Source of the DNA: Bacteroidota bacterium
Lineage (GTDB): Bacteria > Bacteroidota > Bacteroidia > Bacteroidales > NBLH01
DNA length: 57,984 nucleotides
Direction: 5' to 3'
Assembly (NCBI GenBank): GCA_039714415.1
Contig: JBDLJL010000006.1
Span: forward strand, 1-57,984
Below, one piece after another: positions 41,504 through 50,306 of this stretch. Each line of letters starts with the position of its first letter. Positions within the stretch are counted from its first letter, which is position 1. Both the position numbers and the translations under genes were made by a program. The notes under the pieces are model-generated. The model was not told the DNA's origin and did not search any database. It saw nothing but the letters and a program-made list of their open reading frames with translations.

Positions 41504-42322
41504 ATGAAAACATATATACTATTATTGAGCATTGTATTTTTTTCTTTCCATTGCGTTCCACCTTCAAATGACAATGAAGATTTCGATGAAAAAGACATAG
41601 AAGAGATTGAAGAAGAAGAAGAAGAAGACAAAGATGACTTTTTTGATCTGGAAGAAAAAATGGAAGAGATTATGGATGATGAAGAACCTTCTGAACTGAT
41701 TAAAGATGTAGTAAAACAAAATGCAGAGGGTGCCAAATTTGTTCAGGTTGATATTAATATTGCTGCATGTAAGCTTAAGTTATCAAGTGGTTCAAAACAA
41801 TTATTTACCGGTGGTTTTGCATACAGCAAAAAAAAGTGGAAGCCGGAAATAAACTATGAAGTAGTAAAAGAAAAAGGATTCTTAACTATTGAGCAACCTG
41901 AAACACATAATATAAATATTGATAACACAGACCAATATGCTTGGAACCTGAAATTTGGTAAAAATATCCCATTGGATATTAATTTGGAATTAGGTGCCGG
42001 AGTAAGTGAAATAAAATTGGGGGCTTTGCCTATCAATAACTTTAATATGGTTATGGGGGTTGGCAAAACTGAATTGGACTTACGAGGAAAATGGAAACAA
42101 AATGCTGAAATCCATTTAGATGGTGGAATTGGCCTATTGAAAGTCTATTTGCCGGAGAATGTTGGTGTCCAAGTCAATACCATTAAAGGTTTGGGTAATG
42201 TTGAGGTATTAAACATGATTAGAAAGGATAAAAACACCTACGTAAATGAATGGTATAACAAAACAAAAATTACAATCAATATATATCTTAAAACAGGGAT
42301 TGGGAAAATTGAGATTGAGTAA
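41504..42322 (+). CDS. Probable lipoprotein with an acidic linker and a toast-rack/DUF2154-like beta domain
   Basis: Signal ending FHC; D/E-rich run; repeated motifs ELGAG, MGVG, DGGIG, KGLG and KTGIG. Confidence 0.7.
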   Translation: MKTYILLLSIVFFSFHCVPPSNDNEDFDEKDIEEIEEEEEEDKDDFFDLEEKMEEIMDDEEPSELIKDVVKQNAEGAKFVQVDINIAACKLKLSSGSKQLFTGGFAYSKKKWKPEINYEVVKEKGFLTIEQPETHNINIDNTDQYAWNLKFGKNIPLDINLELGAGVSEIKLGALPINNFNMVMGVGKTELDLRGKWKQNAEIHLDGGIGLLKVYLPENVGVQVNTIKGLGNVEVLNMIRKDKNTYVNEWYNKTKITINIYLKTGIGKIEIE

Positions 42323-42330
42323 AACCCAAA

Positions 42331-42512
42331 TTGAGCGATTATTCCCTTTGGTCATGAGCTAAAGGTTCTCGCTCACAGCCCGTCCCGCTTTTTTTTGCGG
42401 GAATTGAGAAATATTAAGGTTTTCACTACGCCCATTAGGTGAAAACCAACTATTTCTATATCGGGGTTATATCCTAAGTAAAGCGCTATTTCGCTACACT
42501 CATACCACTCAA
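42331..42512. repeat. GC-richer structured intergenic element
   Basis: Ends TTGAGCG / CACTCAA; hairpins TCCCGC-T8-GCGGGA and AGAAATA..GGTTTTCAC/GTGAAAACC..TATTTCT. Confidence 0.55.
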
Positions 42513-42519
42513 CTTAGAT

Positions 42520-42550
42520 AAAAAAGGCGATGCCAAAATTGACACCGCCT
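42520..42550 (-). terminator. Rho-independent terminator of the lipoprotein gene
   Basis: Minus strand AGGCGGTGTC-AATTTT-GGCATCGCCT followed by a T run; the mismatches are G-U wobbles only on this strand. Confidence 0.8.
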
Positions 42551-42588
42551 CCAAGGTTTGATTGATTCTATTTTGGTTAGATTTTATA

Positions 42589-43704
42589 TTACTTTACAGA
42601 AGCATTGGCTTTAAATTCTAAACTTAAGTTTGATATAGCAAGAGGACTAAACGGTACAAGATTTTCAATAGCTGCACTAAAGGGAATATAATCAGTACTT
42701 GGTGCAATACCTCCTTGTACAAAGCCATTTGCATCAAAATATCCCGGTGCATCCGTATTTTGAAGGTATAACCCTAATAATGCCGGATCAATTCCTGGAT
42801 AAGTATCAATAATTTCATTCGTGAAAACATTTTTTATAGAATATCTTCCTAATATTACTTCACGGTCATTTGAATTTAAATCACTTGGAGGTAAACCAAC
42901 TTCAGCTACACCCAAGTCCGTTTCTAATTGTCCGGCAGCAACAAATGCCCAGTTAAAACCGGTTGAAACAGTGAACAATGTAGCATTTGGGTGGTTTGAG
43001 TTACCAAATACTTCAACTACATTACCATTCCTGCCTGCAGTCATTTTCAAGGTTTCCATCGCATATGGTTCTAATGAAGCATCTGGAAGAGTAATACCTG
43101 AAATATAAACAGTCATTTCCTGCTCGTAAGCATTTTCACCAGCTTCGCTGTAGTCAATACGGAACATTGCCTGGGCAAATAACGCTTCGGTATTACGGTC
43201 AATATTGAATGGCTTCATAATCGCAATGCCCATAATTGTACCGGTATTCCAGAATATTTGCATGCCAACACCACCATCATCATTTCCTTCTGAATCAGCA
43301 TCGGTAACAGTCATTTGATAGTTCCATAATGTTCCTTCATATTCCGAATCAGCAATAATTACCACATTTTTTGTACGTCCATCATCATCTCCTTCGTAGC
43401 TGAAACTCATCGGCTCGCTCAAACCGTATAATCTAATAGCTATAATAACTTCTTCAACAATTTTTGCAGCCTCATCTCCAACATGAATAAAAACTCTAAG
43501 ATGTTCATAAATTATATTACCGTTTAAACCATCTTCTTCACCATTTTTCAATAATTTCAGTGTTGAACTACTTAAAGACTGTGGTATTTCCACACTAAAA
43601 GTTTCAGGTAGGATGTTATTATCCATTATTTCAGCAGAATCTTTCTGACAAGAAGCAAAAAAAACTGCAACTACTATTGTTAAAATAAAACTTAACTTTT
43701 TCAT
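42589..43704 (-). CDS. Lipoprotein of unknown function
   Basis: Signal FFASC-QKD; acidic, beta-rich 371 aa protein. Confidence 0.8.
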   Translation of the reverse strand: MKKLSFILTIVVAVFFASCQKDSAEIMDNNILPETFSVEIPQSLSSSTLKLLKNGEEDGLNGNIIYEHLRVFIHVGDEAAKIVEEVIIAIRLYGLSEPMSFSYEGDDDGRTKNVVIIADSEYEGTLWNYQMTVTDADSEGNDDGGVGMQIFWNTGTIMGIAIMKPFNIDRNTEALFAQAMFRIDYSEAGENAYEQEMTVYISGITLPDASLEPYAMETLKMTAGRNGNVVEVFGNSNHPNATLFTVSTGFNWAFVAAGQLETDLGVAEVGLPPSDLNSNDREVILGRYSIKNVFTNEIIDTYPGIDPALLGLYLQNTDAPGYFDANGFVQGGIAPSTDYIPFSAAIENLVPFSPLAISNLSLEFKANASVK

Positions 43705-43764
43705 GATCTCTCTTCTTTTATATTATCTAAGTAAATTATTTTTCAAAATTAAAGGCTTTTTTAA

Positions 43765-43804
43765 ATGCTTTCATAACTATAACACGGAACTTTGGTTTTA
43801 CCCT
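43765..43804 (-). promoter_or_regulatory. Candidate ECF promoter, copy 2
   Basis: Minus strand AGGGTAAA-N11-GTGT-N8-TGAAAGCAT, with the same spacing as 48781-48820. Confidence 0.75.
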
Positions 43805-43864
43805 GATGTTTTTTTAATTGGCTACCATTTTAGCCTGCATGTTGTCTTTATTTAAACAGTATTT

Positions 43865-43915
43865 TTACGAGTTGCGAGATACGGGGTAAACGCACTCGAA
43901 ACCCACAACCCAATA
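43865..43915. repeat. Inverted pair of heptamer tandem tracts
   Basis: TTACGAG-TTGCGAG-ATACGGG faces CTCGAAA-CCCACAA-CCCAATA. Confidence 0.55.
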
Positions 43916-43975
43916 CCACTGAATTAAGACTTATTGATTATCAAATATTTATGTAAATGCAATACATTCGCTAAT

Positions 43976-44136
43976 AATATTGCCGGTGCTCTGCACCTTA
44001 ATTAAAATCATAATTTAATATGCTACAAATATTTCCGCGGCTATGCCGCTACTTTAAATGAAAAGGTGCAGAGCACCGGCAATATTTGTAGTACTTATTT
44101 GCACATCCTAATGTAGGTGCAGAGCACCGATAATAT
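43976..44136. repeat. REP/BIME-like cluster of four units
   Basis: AATATTGCCGGTGCTCTGCACCT (+), CTACAAATATTTCCGCGGCTATGCCGCT (+), AGGTGCAGAGCACCGGCAATATTTGTAG (-) and AGGTGCAGAGCACCGATAATAT (-). Confidence 0.85.
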
Positions 44137-44250
44137 AACATTCTGACAATATTTATTCAATGACATTGACCTGTAACCCCCAACAGCAACCTAGTCAAAA
44201 CGGAATTTCACTTTCCCCTAGTAATTGGTTTATTTGATGTTGAAAATTCA

Positions 44251-45066
44251 TTATCTTACCGTTAAGGTATCACTAATTACAGTACTTGCGCCAAAAAAAC
44301 CAAGTCCACCATTGGAGATATTGGTTCTTACATTAGCCTGGGTAACATCAAAAAAACCTCCCCTCCATTCCGTTTCTGAAAGCATCGACCGTATAAATTC
44401 AGCATGCTGAGGTGCCAAAGAATACTTTTTTTCCAATATTCTTGCACCTAAAGGAAAATAGGCAGTCTCTTTATCAGGGGCAAAAACCTGGCTAATATCA
44501 ATAGTTCTTAAAGTATAATAATATAAAGTAGCCCTTTTTTCTGTGAAAGGTAAATTGGCATAATCAGGCAAATGTGACCAATCAATAATAATCTCGTACA
44601 TAGCTGATTCTTTTGAGCTAAAACTTTTCGCTACAGAATCAATATAATACATATTATTATTGGGATTATATACATATGACAATTTATTAAAAGGAGTAAC
44701 AGGTACCATTCTTGCTGTAGCAGTATACCTTTCGCCATTATATAAAATTTGCAAACTGTAAATTTTATTAATTACAGGCCAATAATTTGAGTCCGTTTTA
44801 TAAATACCTGAATTTTCAGGAAATTCAGTTAATATTTGTACAGTATCACCATTATTAATGGTTACAAATGCCTTGCTAACAGGTTCAGGTTCCTCATTTA
44901 ATTCAGCCACCGATTTGGTGATTCTTATAAGATGAGATTTTTTTACATTCGTTAATAATCCATCAACAGCAATTTGGCTAGTTGTAGGTTCAAAAGTCCA
45001 CGCAACCTCTTTTTCACATGAAGTAAAAACTAAAAAAAGCAGTATTACAAAACTAAGTTTATCCAT
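44251..45066 (-). CDS. DUF4249-type lipoprotein (TonB-receptor partner)
   Basis: Signal FTSC-EKE, IAVDGLLT and C-terminal TNISNGGLGFF; directly downstream of the TonB receptor. Confidence 0.8.
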   Translation of the reverse strand: MDKLSFVILLFLVFTSCEKEVAWTFEPTTSQIAVDGLLTNVKKSHLIRITKSVAELNEEPEPVSKAFVTINNGDTVQILTEFPENSGIYKTDSNYWPVINKIYSLQILYNGERYTATARMVPVTPFNKLSYVYNPNNNMYYIDSVAKSFSSKESAMYEIIIDWSHLPDYANLPFTEKRATLYYYTLRTIDISQVFAPDKETAYFPLGARILEKKYSLAPQHAEFIRSMLSETEWRGGFFDVTQANVRTNISNGGLGFFGASTVISDTLTVR

Positions 45067-45067
45067 G

Positions 45068-47707
45068 TTATTTGAATTTAAATCGATACGTTAAAGACGG
45101 AACCACACCAAAAAGATGAATAGCTGTTGGAACAATCTGACTTTCAGAAATAAAATCAGAAGGAATTACAAAGCTCCCCCCACTAGTTTCAATTTTATTA
45201 TAATTAACGGAAATAGGATTTTCTCTTCCATAAAGATTGTAAAGCGAAAATATTAGATGATGCTTAAACTTATTATTAGGTTTTTTGTTCAATTGAAAAC
45301 TTGCTGAAACATCCATACGATGATATTCAGGAAGTTTGGAGTTGTTCTTTTCAGAATAAATAGGTACACTATAGCCCTGATAATAGTAAAATCCTGTAGG
45401 CGAACTAAATCGTAAACCTGATGAATATACCCAATTCAAATTAAAAAGCCATCGCTCATGCAATTTATAAGATAAGTTTAAAGTAATGTAATGAGGTTTA
45501 TCATAAACAACCGGATAATTTTCATTATTGTTTACATCTTTAATTTTACGATATGTACGTATATAGGAATAACCCAGCCAGCCTGTTAAATCACCCTTTT
45601 GCTTGTTAAGGAATAATTCCACACCATAAGAAGTAGCTGTACCAAAACGTAACTCCCCTTCAATTAAGGGGTTGAGAAACATATTAGCATGGTTAGCATA
45701 ATCAATTTGATTGTACATTTTTTTATAATAAGCTTCAGCCGTAAATATTAACTCAGCTGTTTTTTTATGAAAGCCAATAACATACTGATCTGATTTTTGA
45801 GGTTTAATATTAGGCCCGGCCGGCATCCAAACATCCAGGGTTGTGAACGGGCTAACCGAATTAGACAATAAATTAAGGTACTGAATGTGGTGATTATAAC
45901 CCAGTTTAAAGGAAGTTGATTTATTCAACGCATAAAGTATTTCTATTTGTGGTTCTGTATTAAAATATGAGTGAAAAGTCCCCTCTGAAAAACGGGTTGA
46001 ATCTTTAACTGTGTAATTATCATTAAAATTATAGATTACAGCTGGCCCTGTATTGTTCCAATTTAGCCCTCTTATACTATAATTTAATGAAAACTTATTT
46101 GAAAACTTTATTTCATTACCAAAATATATTACTTCTTGTAACGCGCTACTAGAGGAAACAACTTCTTCAAAAAATTCATCATTTTGGTTACCGGGATTAA
46201 AATAATGGAAATTTAGTTCAAAACCAAAGCGCAATGTATTATCAGGGTTAATATAATAGGTAAAATCATTTTTAAGGCTTAAATTTCCAATAAAAGAATT
46301 CCAGTATTGATTATCTTCAATTGAAGAATAAAGGAAATAATCATACTTGCTTGTATATATAGTTAAATTTGAGAAAAAACGATCTGAGAACAAATGGTTC
46401 CACCGTATAGTTGCCCCAATGTTTTGCCACGACATGGCATATGTATTATAACCTGTTTTAAATGATTCAATAAAATCACTACCAGAATATAATGAAAGAA
46501 ATAAACGGTTTTTCCGGTTAAATTTGAAATTAAGCTTTGTATGAAAATCATAAAAATCCATTTTCAGGTCGCCAGGTTGTTGTTTAAATATCCAATTTAA
46601 TGTAGAGGTTCTTAATGTAGCAATATACGAGGCTTTTTCTTTTACTATTGGACCTTCAAGGCTTAGGCTTCCTGTAAAAGGGGAAAAATTACCATGAAAA
46701 CTAAAATGGTTCATATTTCCGTCTTTTGTCCTTACGTCAACAAAGGAAGAAAGACGACCACCATATTGAACAGGGAAATTTCCTTTATTTACACTGATAC
46801 TATTAATGGCATCCGGGGCTATGGATGAAAAAAAGCCCAACATGTGCGAAGGGTTATAAATTGGTGCTTCATCAACAATAATAAGGTTTTGATCTTTATT
46901 CCCCCCCCTCACATAAAACAAAACAGAACCATCTCCATAAGGGCTGATTCCCGGAATAGAATTTAAGGTTTTTACCACACTGGGCTCACCCCCGATATTG
47001 GGAGTTTTATTAATCATTGCACTTGTAAGGTATAGTTTTTTTAAAGGATTAATTTCCAGGATATCAACATTTTCCCTATCGGTAACAATAATCACATCCA
47101 AATCGGTTTCATCCAATGCCAGTTTTTGAGAAATTTTCTTGTCTTTACTTAGCTTTACAGGGATAATTTTACTTTCATATCCAATATATGAATATTTAAA
47201 AAGATAATTATCTGACGGCAAAGTCAGAGAATAAAATCCGTAGGAATTGGAAACCGTACCCAGGATTGTTCCATCAACACGAACTGCGGCACCAATTAAT
47301 ACTTCGTTAGTTTCACTATCTTTTAAGTAACCACTAATAGTAAATATATTTGGTTTTACTTCTGTAACCGATTCGTTTTTTTGAACTTTGGGTTTTAAGA
47401 TTACCTGTTTTTCCACAACAAGGAAGTCAATTCCAAGCTCACTGAACAATTTTGAAAAAACAGATTCAATGGATTGCTTCCTTGCTACAATGGTAATAAT
47501 CTGTTTATCATTAACTTGTTCATTACTGTATGAAAAAAGGATATTCCCTTTTTTGCTAATCTGATCAAGTGCTGACTTCAATGGCTTATTTCTAACAACA
47601 AGCGAAATTTTATTGCTTAAATCAATTTCCTGTGCAGTAATAATAGTCACCAATATTAATTGGAATATAATAATCGTAAAAATCTTTTTCCAACCATCCA
47701 TCAGCAC
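45068..47707 (-). CDS. TonB-dependent receptor with an N-terminal signalling (STN) domain and a carboxypeptidase-regulatory-like domain
   Basis: STN-like NKPLKSALDQI; ISGYLKD..E.LIGA; plug YVRGG..DQNL and YGGRLSS; barrel C-terminus YHRMDVS...YNLYGR. Confidence 0.92.
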   Translation of the reverse strand: MLMDGWKKIFTIIIFQLILVTIITAQEIDLSNKISLVVRNKPLKSALDQISKKGNILFSYSNEQVNDKQIITIVARKQSIESVFSKLFSELGIDFLVVEKQVILKPKVQKNESVTEVKPNIFTISGYLKDSETNEVLIGAAVRVDGTILGTVSNSYGFYSLTLPSDNYLFKYSYIGYESKIIPVKLSKDKKISQKLALDETDLDVIIVTDRENVDILEINPLKKLYLTSAMINKTPNIGGEPSVVKTLNSIPGISPYGDGSVLFYVRGGNKDQNLIIVDEAPIYNPSHMLGFFSSIAPDAINSISVNKGNFPVQYGGRLSSFVDVRTKDGNMNHFSFHGNFSPFTGSLSLEGPIVKEKASYIATLRTSTLNWIFKQQPGDLKMDFYDFHTKLNFKFNRKNRLFLSLYSGSDFIESFKTGYNTYAMSWQNIGATIRWNHLFSDRFFSNLTIYTSKYDYFLYSSIEDNQYWNSFIGNLSLKNDFTYYINPDNTLRFGFELNFHYFNPGNQNDEFFEEVVSSSSALQEVIYFGNEIKFSNKFSLNYSIRGLNWNNTGPAVIYNFNDNYTVKDSTRFSEGTFHSYFNTEPQIEILYALNKSTSFKLGYNHHIQYLNLLSNSVSPFTTLDVWMPAGPNIKPQKSDQYVIGFHKKTAELIFTAEAYYKKMYNQIDYANHANMFLNPLIEGELRFGTATSYGVELFLNKQKGDLTGWLGYSYIRTYRKIKDVNNNENYPVVYDKPHYITLNLSYKLHERWLFNLNWVYSSGLRFSSPTGFYYYQGYSVPIYSEKNNSKLPEYHRMDVSASFQLNKKPNNKFKHHLIFSLYNLYGRENPISVNYNKIETSGGSFVIPSDFISESQIVPTAIHLFGVVPSLTYRFKFK

Positions 47708-47751
47708 AATTATTAAAACATTTTATTGGGGGTATGGATAAAATTAAAAGT

Positions 47752-48777
47752 TTAATGATTGTTTTTGGTAGAACCCCCTTCACCATCTATTTCATATACT
47801 TCACCCATTTTCTTAATTTGAATATCTAAAGTAGCTTCCAGGACTTTTAAAATGGATTCAAGGCTTTGATCATTAAACTTATTGGTTAAAGTACATTTCT
47901 TTAGCGAAGGATTTTTAATAATAATTTGAGTATTATATGCCTTATTTAATGTATTTACGATGTTTTGCAGTTCATCTTCGTCAAAAACCAAATATTTGGT
48001 TTTCCAGGCAAGATAATTAATATCTTCATTCACTTTTTTCTGAATATTGTTTTTCGTATTGTTAAATAATGCCTTATCACCCGCATAAAGCATAACACTG
48101 TCTGATTTATCTCTTTTTGTATATGTCCTGACTATACCTGTTTCAACAATAACCTCAACATCACCTTTCGCACTTTTTGCATTCACGTTAAATGAAGTCC
48201 CGATAACTTCAATTTTGAGTTTACCTGTATTAATAATAAAAGGTTTTTCCGGGTTGGATTCCACTTTAAAATAAGCTTCACCTTTTAGTTCTACTTCTCT
48301 TGCCTTTTTATTAAACTTTTTTGAATATTCAAGCTCAGAATACTTATTTAAGCTAATAAGTGAACCGTCAGGCAAATTGCTTTCAATAATACTATTTTCA
48401 GCTACTAATTCATTATTTTGAGTATTAAACGTATATAATACTCCTGCTCCAATAACAAATATAGCAGCAATGGCTGCTGCAATTTGTAAAAATGGCCATT
48501 TTTTCTTTTTGGCTTGTTCTAAAGATATTATTTTCGCCGAGGTTTCTGAACTAATCTGACTATTAAATCTGCCCCACTCATCATCAATATTAATTGAAGA
48601 AACTTCAGTATCAAGGCCTGTTTCAGAAAAATCCCAGGCTTTTTTATAATCCTCAAATTGCTTTTTATTGGCAATATCAAGTTCAATCCAGCTATAAAGG
48701 AGCTGAATTTCTTCCGGATTAGCCTCACCAGCTAAATACTTAGGAATTAAGTCAATATGTTTATCTAAATTTTTCAT
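47752..48777 (-). CDS. FecR-family anti-sigma factor
   Basis: Single TM, LPDGS.I.LN, REVELKGEAYF, VIGTSFNV and LAWK. Confidence 0.92.
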   Translation of the reverse strand: MKNLDKHIDLIPKYLAGEANPEEIQLLYSWIELDIANKKQFEDYKKAWDFSETGLDTEVSSINIDDEWGRFNSQISSETSAKIISLEQAKKKKWPFLQIAAAIAAIFVIGAGVLYTFNTQNNELVAENSIIESNLPDGSLISLNKYSELEYSKKFNKKAREVELKGEAYFKVESNPEKPFIINTGKLKIEVIGTSFNVNAKSAKGDVEVIVETGIVRTYTKRDKSDSVMLYAGDKALFNNTKNNIQKKVNEDINYLAWKTKYLVFDEDELQNIVNTLNKAYNTQIIIKNPSLKKCTLTNKFNDQSLESILKVLEATLDIQIKKMGEVYEIDGEGGSTKNNH

Positions 48778-48780
48778 TTC

Positions 48781-48820
48781 ATGCTTTCAACCATAATACA
48801 CATTAGATTGTGTTTACCCT
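48781..48820 (-). promoter_or_regulatory. Candidate ECF promoter upstream of fecR, copy 1
   Basis: Minus strand AGGGTAAA-N11-GTGT-N8-TGAAAGCAT immediately before the fecR start. Confidence 0.75.
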
Positions 48821-48853
48821 TACTTTCTTTTTGAGTTTTCGTGCAAAAACTAT

Positions 48854-49384
48854 TTACCAGTTACCAATTACAAATAATAAAACAGTAATATATTCTGATA
48901 AATTTTTTCTCAATGCTTTTAATGCTTTTGACATTTGTGTTTCCACCGTTTTAATAGAAATATCCAATTTTTTTGCAATTTCTCTATATTTCATTTCCTC
49001 ATACCTGCTCATTACAAATATTTGTCTGCATTTTTCAGGTAAATAATCAAGTGTTTGGGTAATCTTCGCTTCAATTTCAGTAGCGGTCATATTATTGGTC
49101 TGATCCCAGTTTTCACTTTGCTCTAACAATTCTGTTTTACCCTCTGTTCTGTCAAACTTTTTATTATCCCTTATATAGTTGAGGCTACGATTATAAACTG
49201 TTGTATATAAATAAGATTTTACCGATTTGCTTGTATCTACCTCTTCACGCTTTTCCCATAACTTTAGAAACGCTTCATGAACAATTTCTTTTGCCACATC
49301 AATATCGTTTAAATACTTTTTGGCAAATGCAGTTAAAGGTTTGAAGTATTCACGAAATAATGCTTCAAACTCTTGTTTACTCAA
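48854..49384 (-). CDS. ECF RNA polymerase sigma factor (Bacteroidota FecI-like type)
   Basis: FEALFREYF, EIVHEAFLKLWE, SYLY..VYNRSLN, LPEKCRQIFVMSR and ISIKTVETQMSKALK; TTG start. Confidence 0.93.
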   Translation of the reverse strand: MSKQEFEALFREYFKPLTAFAKKYLNDIDVAKEIVHEAFLKLWEKREEVDTSKSVKSYLYTTVYNRSLNYIRDNKKFDRTEGKTELLEQSENWDQTNNMTATEIEAKITQTLDYLPEKCRQIFVMSRYEEMKYREIAKKLDISIKTVETQMSKALKALRKNLSEYITVLLFVIGNW

Positions 49385-49429
49385 TGTACTGCTATGTTTA
49401 GCTACCGTTTTCAGTTTCTTATTTTTTAA

Positions 49430-49461
49430 CGAAGATATAATTTTTACAAACTAAAATCAAA
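49430..49461 (-). promoter_or_regulatory. Primary-sigma promoter of the ECF sigma gene
   Basis: Minus strand TTTG-N20-TATCTTCG. Confidence 0.6.
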
Positions 49462-49480
49462 ATTCATCAAATGGAAATAG

Positions 49481-50248
49481 CTAATTTTCCTTTTTGCAAA
49501 AGTAAATCATTTCATTTTTATCAAACCGGTATCGTCCTACTTCATCATCACTAAACTTTTTCACAAAGTCATCAGCTGTAACTTTTAACCCTGACTTTTC
49601 AAGTCTTTGGGCATAATCCCTACCATATAACCGTACATGGTCATATTGACCAAAATGTTTTTCCCTTTCTTTTGGATCAGTAATGTTTAAATCTTCATAA
49701 GTAGTTTCTAGGCTTGTATCAAGAGGAACTTGCAAAATAGCCCAACCGCCCGGCTTTAAAACACGCTTAATTTCATTGGTTGCTTTCAGTTCATCATCAA
49801 TATGCTCTAATACATGGTTACAAAGTAAAACATCAAAAGAATTATCTTCAAAAGGCATTTCCCTAATATCCATTTTTACCTCGGCTATTGGCGATTCTAA
49901 ATCAGCAGTTGTATAATTTAGGTTTTCCAGTTTTTCAAAACGTTTATAAAAGGGTTGTTCCGGAGCTATATGTAATACATCCAATTTATCAGTAAAAAAG
50001 TTGGTTTTGTCTTTTAAATAAAGCCAAATTAAACGATGTCTTTCCAGGGATAAACAGGAAGGACAAAGCCTGTTATCCTGCCCCAGGTTACCATAAGGAA
50101 GAAATTTTCTGAAATGTTTACCACAAACCGTACATTCAACTTTATTTCCAATATAAAAAAAGCTCACAATTTTGCCAAAAACAAAACTAAACTTGATCAA
50201 AACAGGTCTTGGTATTTTTCTAACAATGAATTTGATTAATTCTCTCAT
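49481..50248 (-). CDS. Class I SAM-dependent methyltransferase with N-terminal CxxC pairs
   Basis: CTVC...CPSC.SLERHR, LHIAPE, FDVLLCNHVLEH and RVLKPGG. Confidence 0.87.
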   Translation of the reverse strand: MRELIKFIVRKIPRPVLIKFSFVFGKIVSFFYIGNKVECTVCGKHFRKFLPYGNLGQDNRLCPSCLSLERHRLIWLYLKDKTNFFTDKLDVLHIAPEQPFYKRFEKLENLNYTTADLESPIAEVKMDIREMPFEDNSFDVLLCNHVLEHIDDELKATNEIKRVLKPGGWAILQVPLDTSLETTYEDLNITDPKEREKHFGQYDHVRLYGRDYAQRLEKSGLKVTADDFVKKFSDDEVGRYRFDKNEMIYFCKKEN

Positions 50249-50263
50249 TTATTTCTACTTTTG
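50231..50263 (+). promoter_or_regulatory. Primary-sigma promoter of the LTA-synthase-family gene
   Basis: TTTG-N21-TACTTTTG; the -33 box lies inside the divergent methyltransferase CDS. Confidence 0.65.
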
Positions 50264-50306
50264 CACGTTCAAATGAAGCTGCGAATTTATTTATTTAACA
50301 GACAAT

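Noticed and set aside
43976-44136. Possible CRISPR array
   Set aside because: Units are in mixed orientation with irregular spacing and no cas genes; this fits REP/BIME better.
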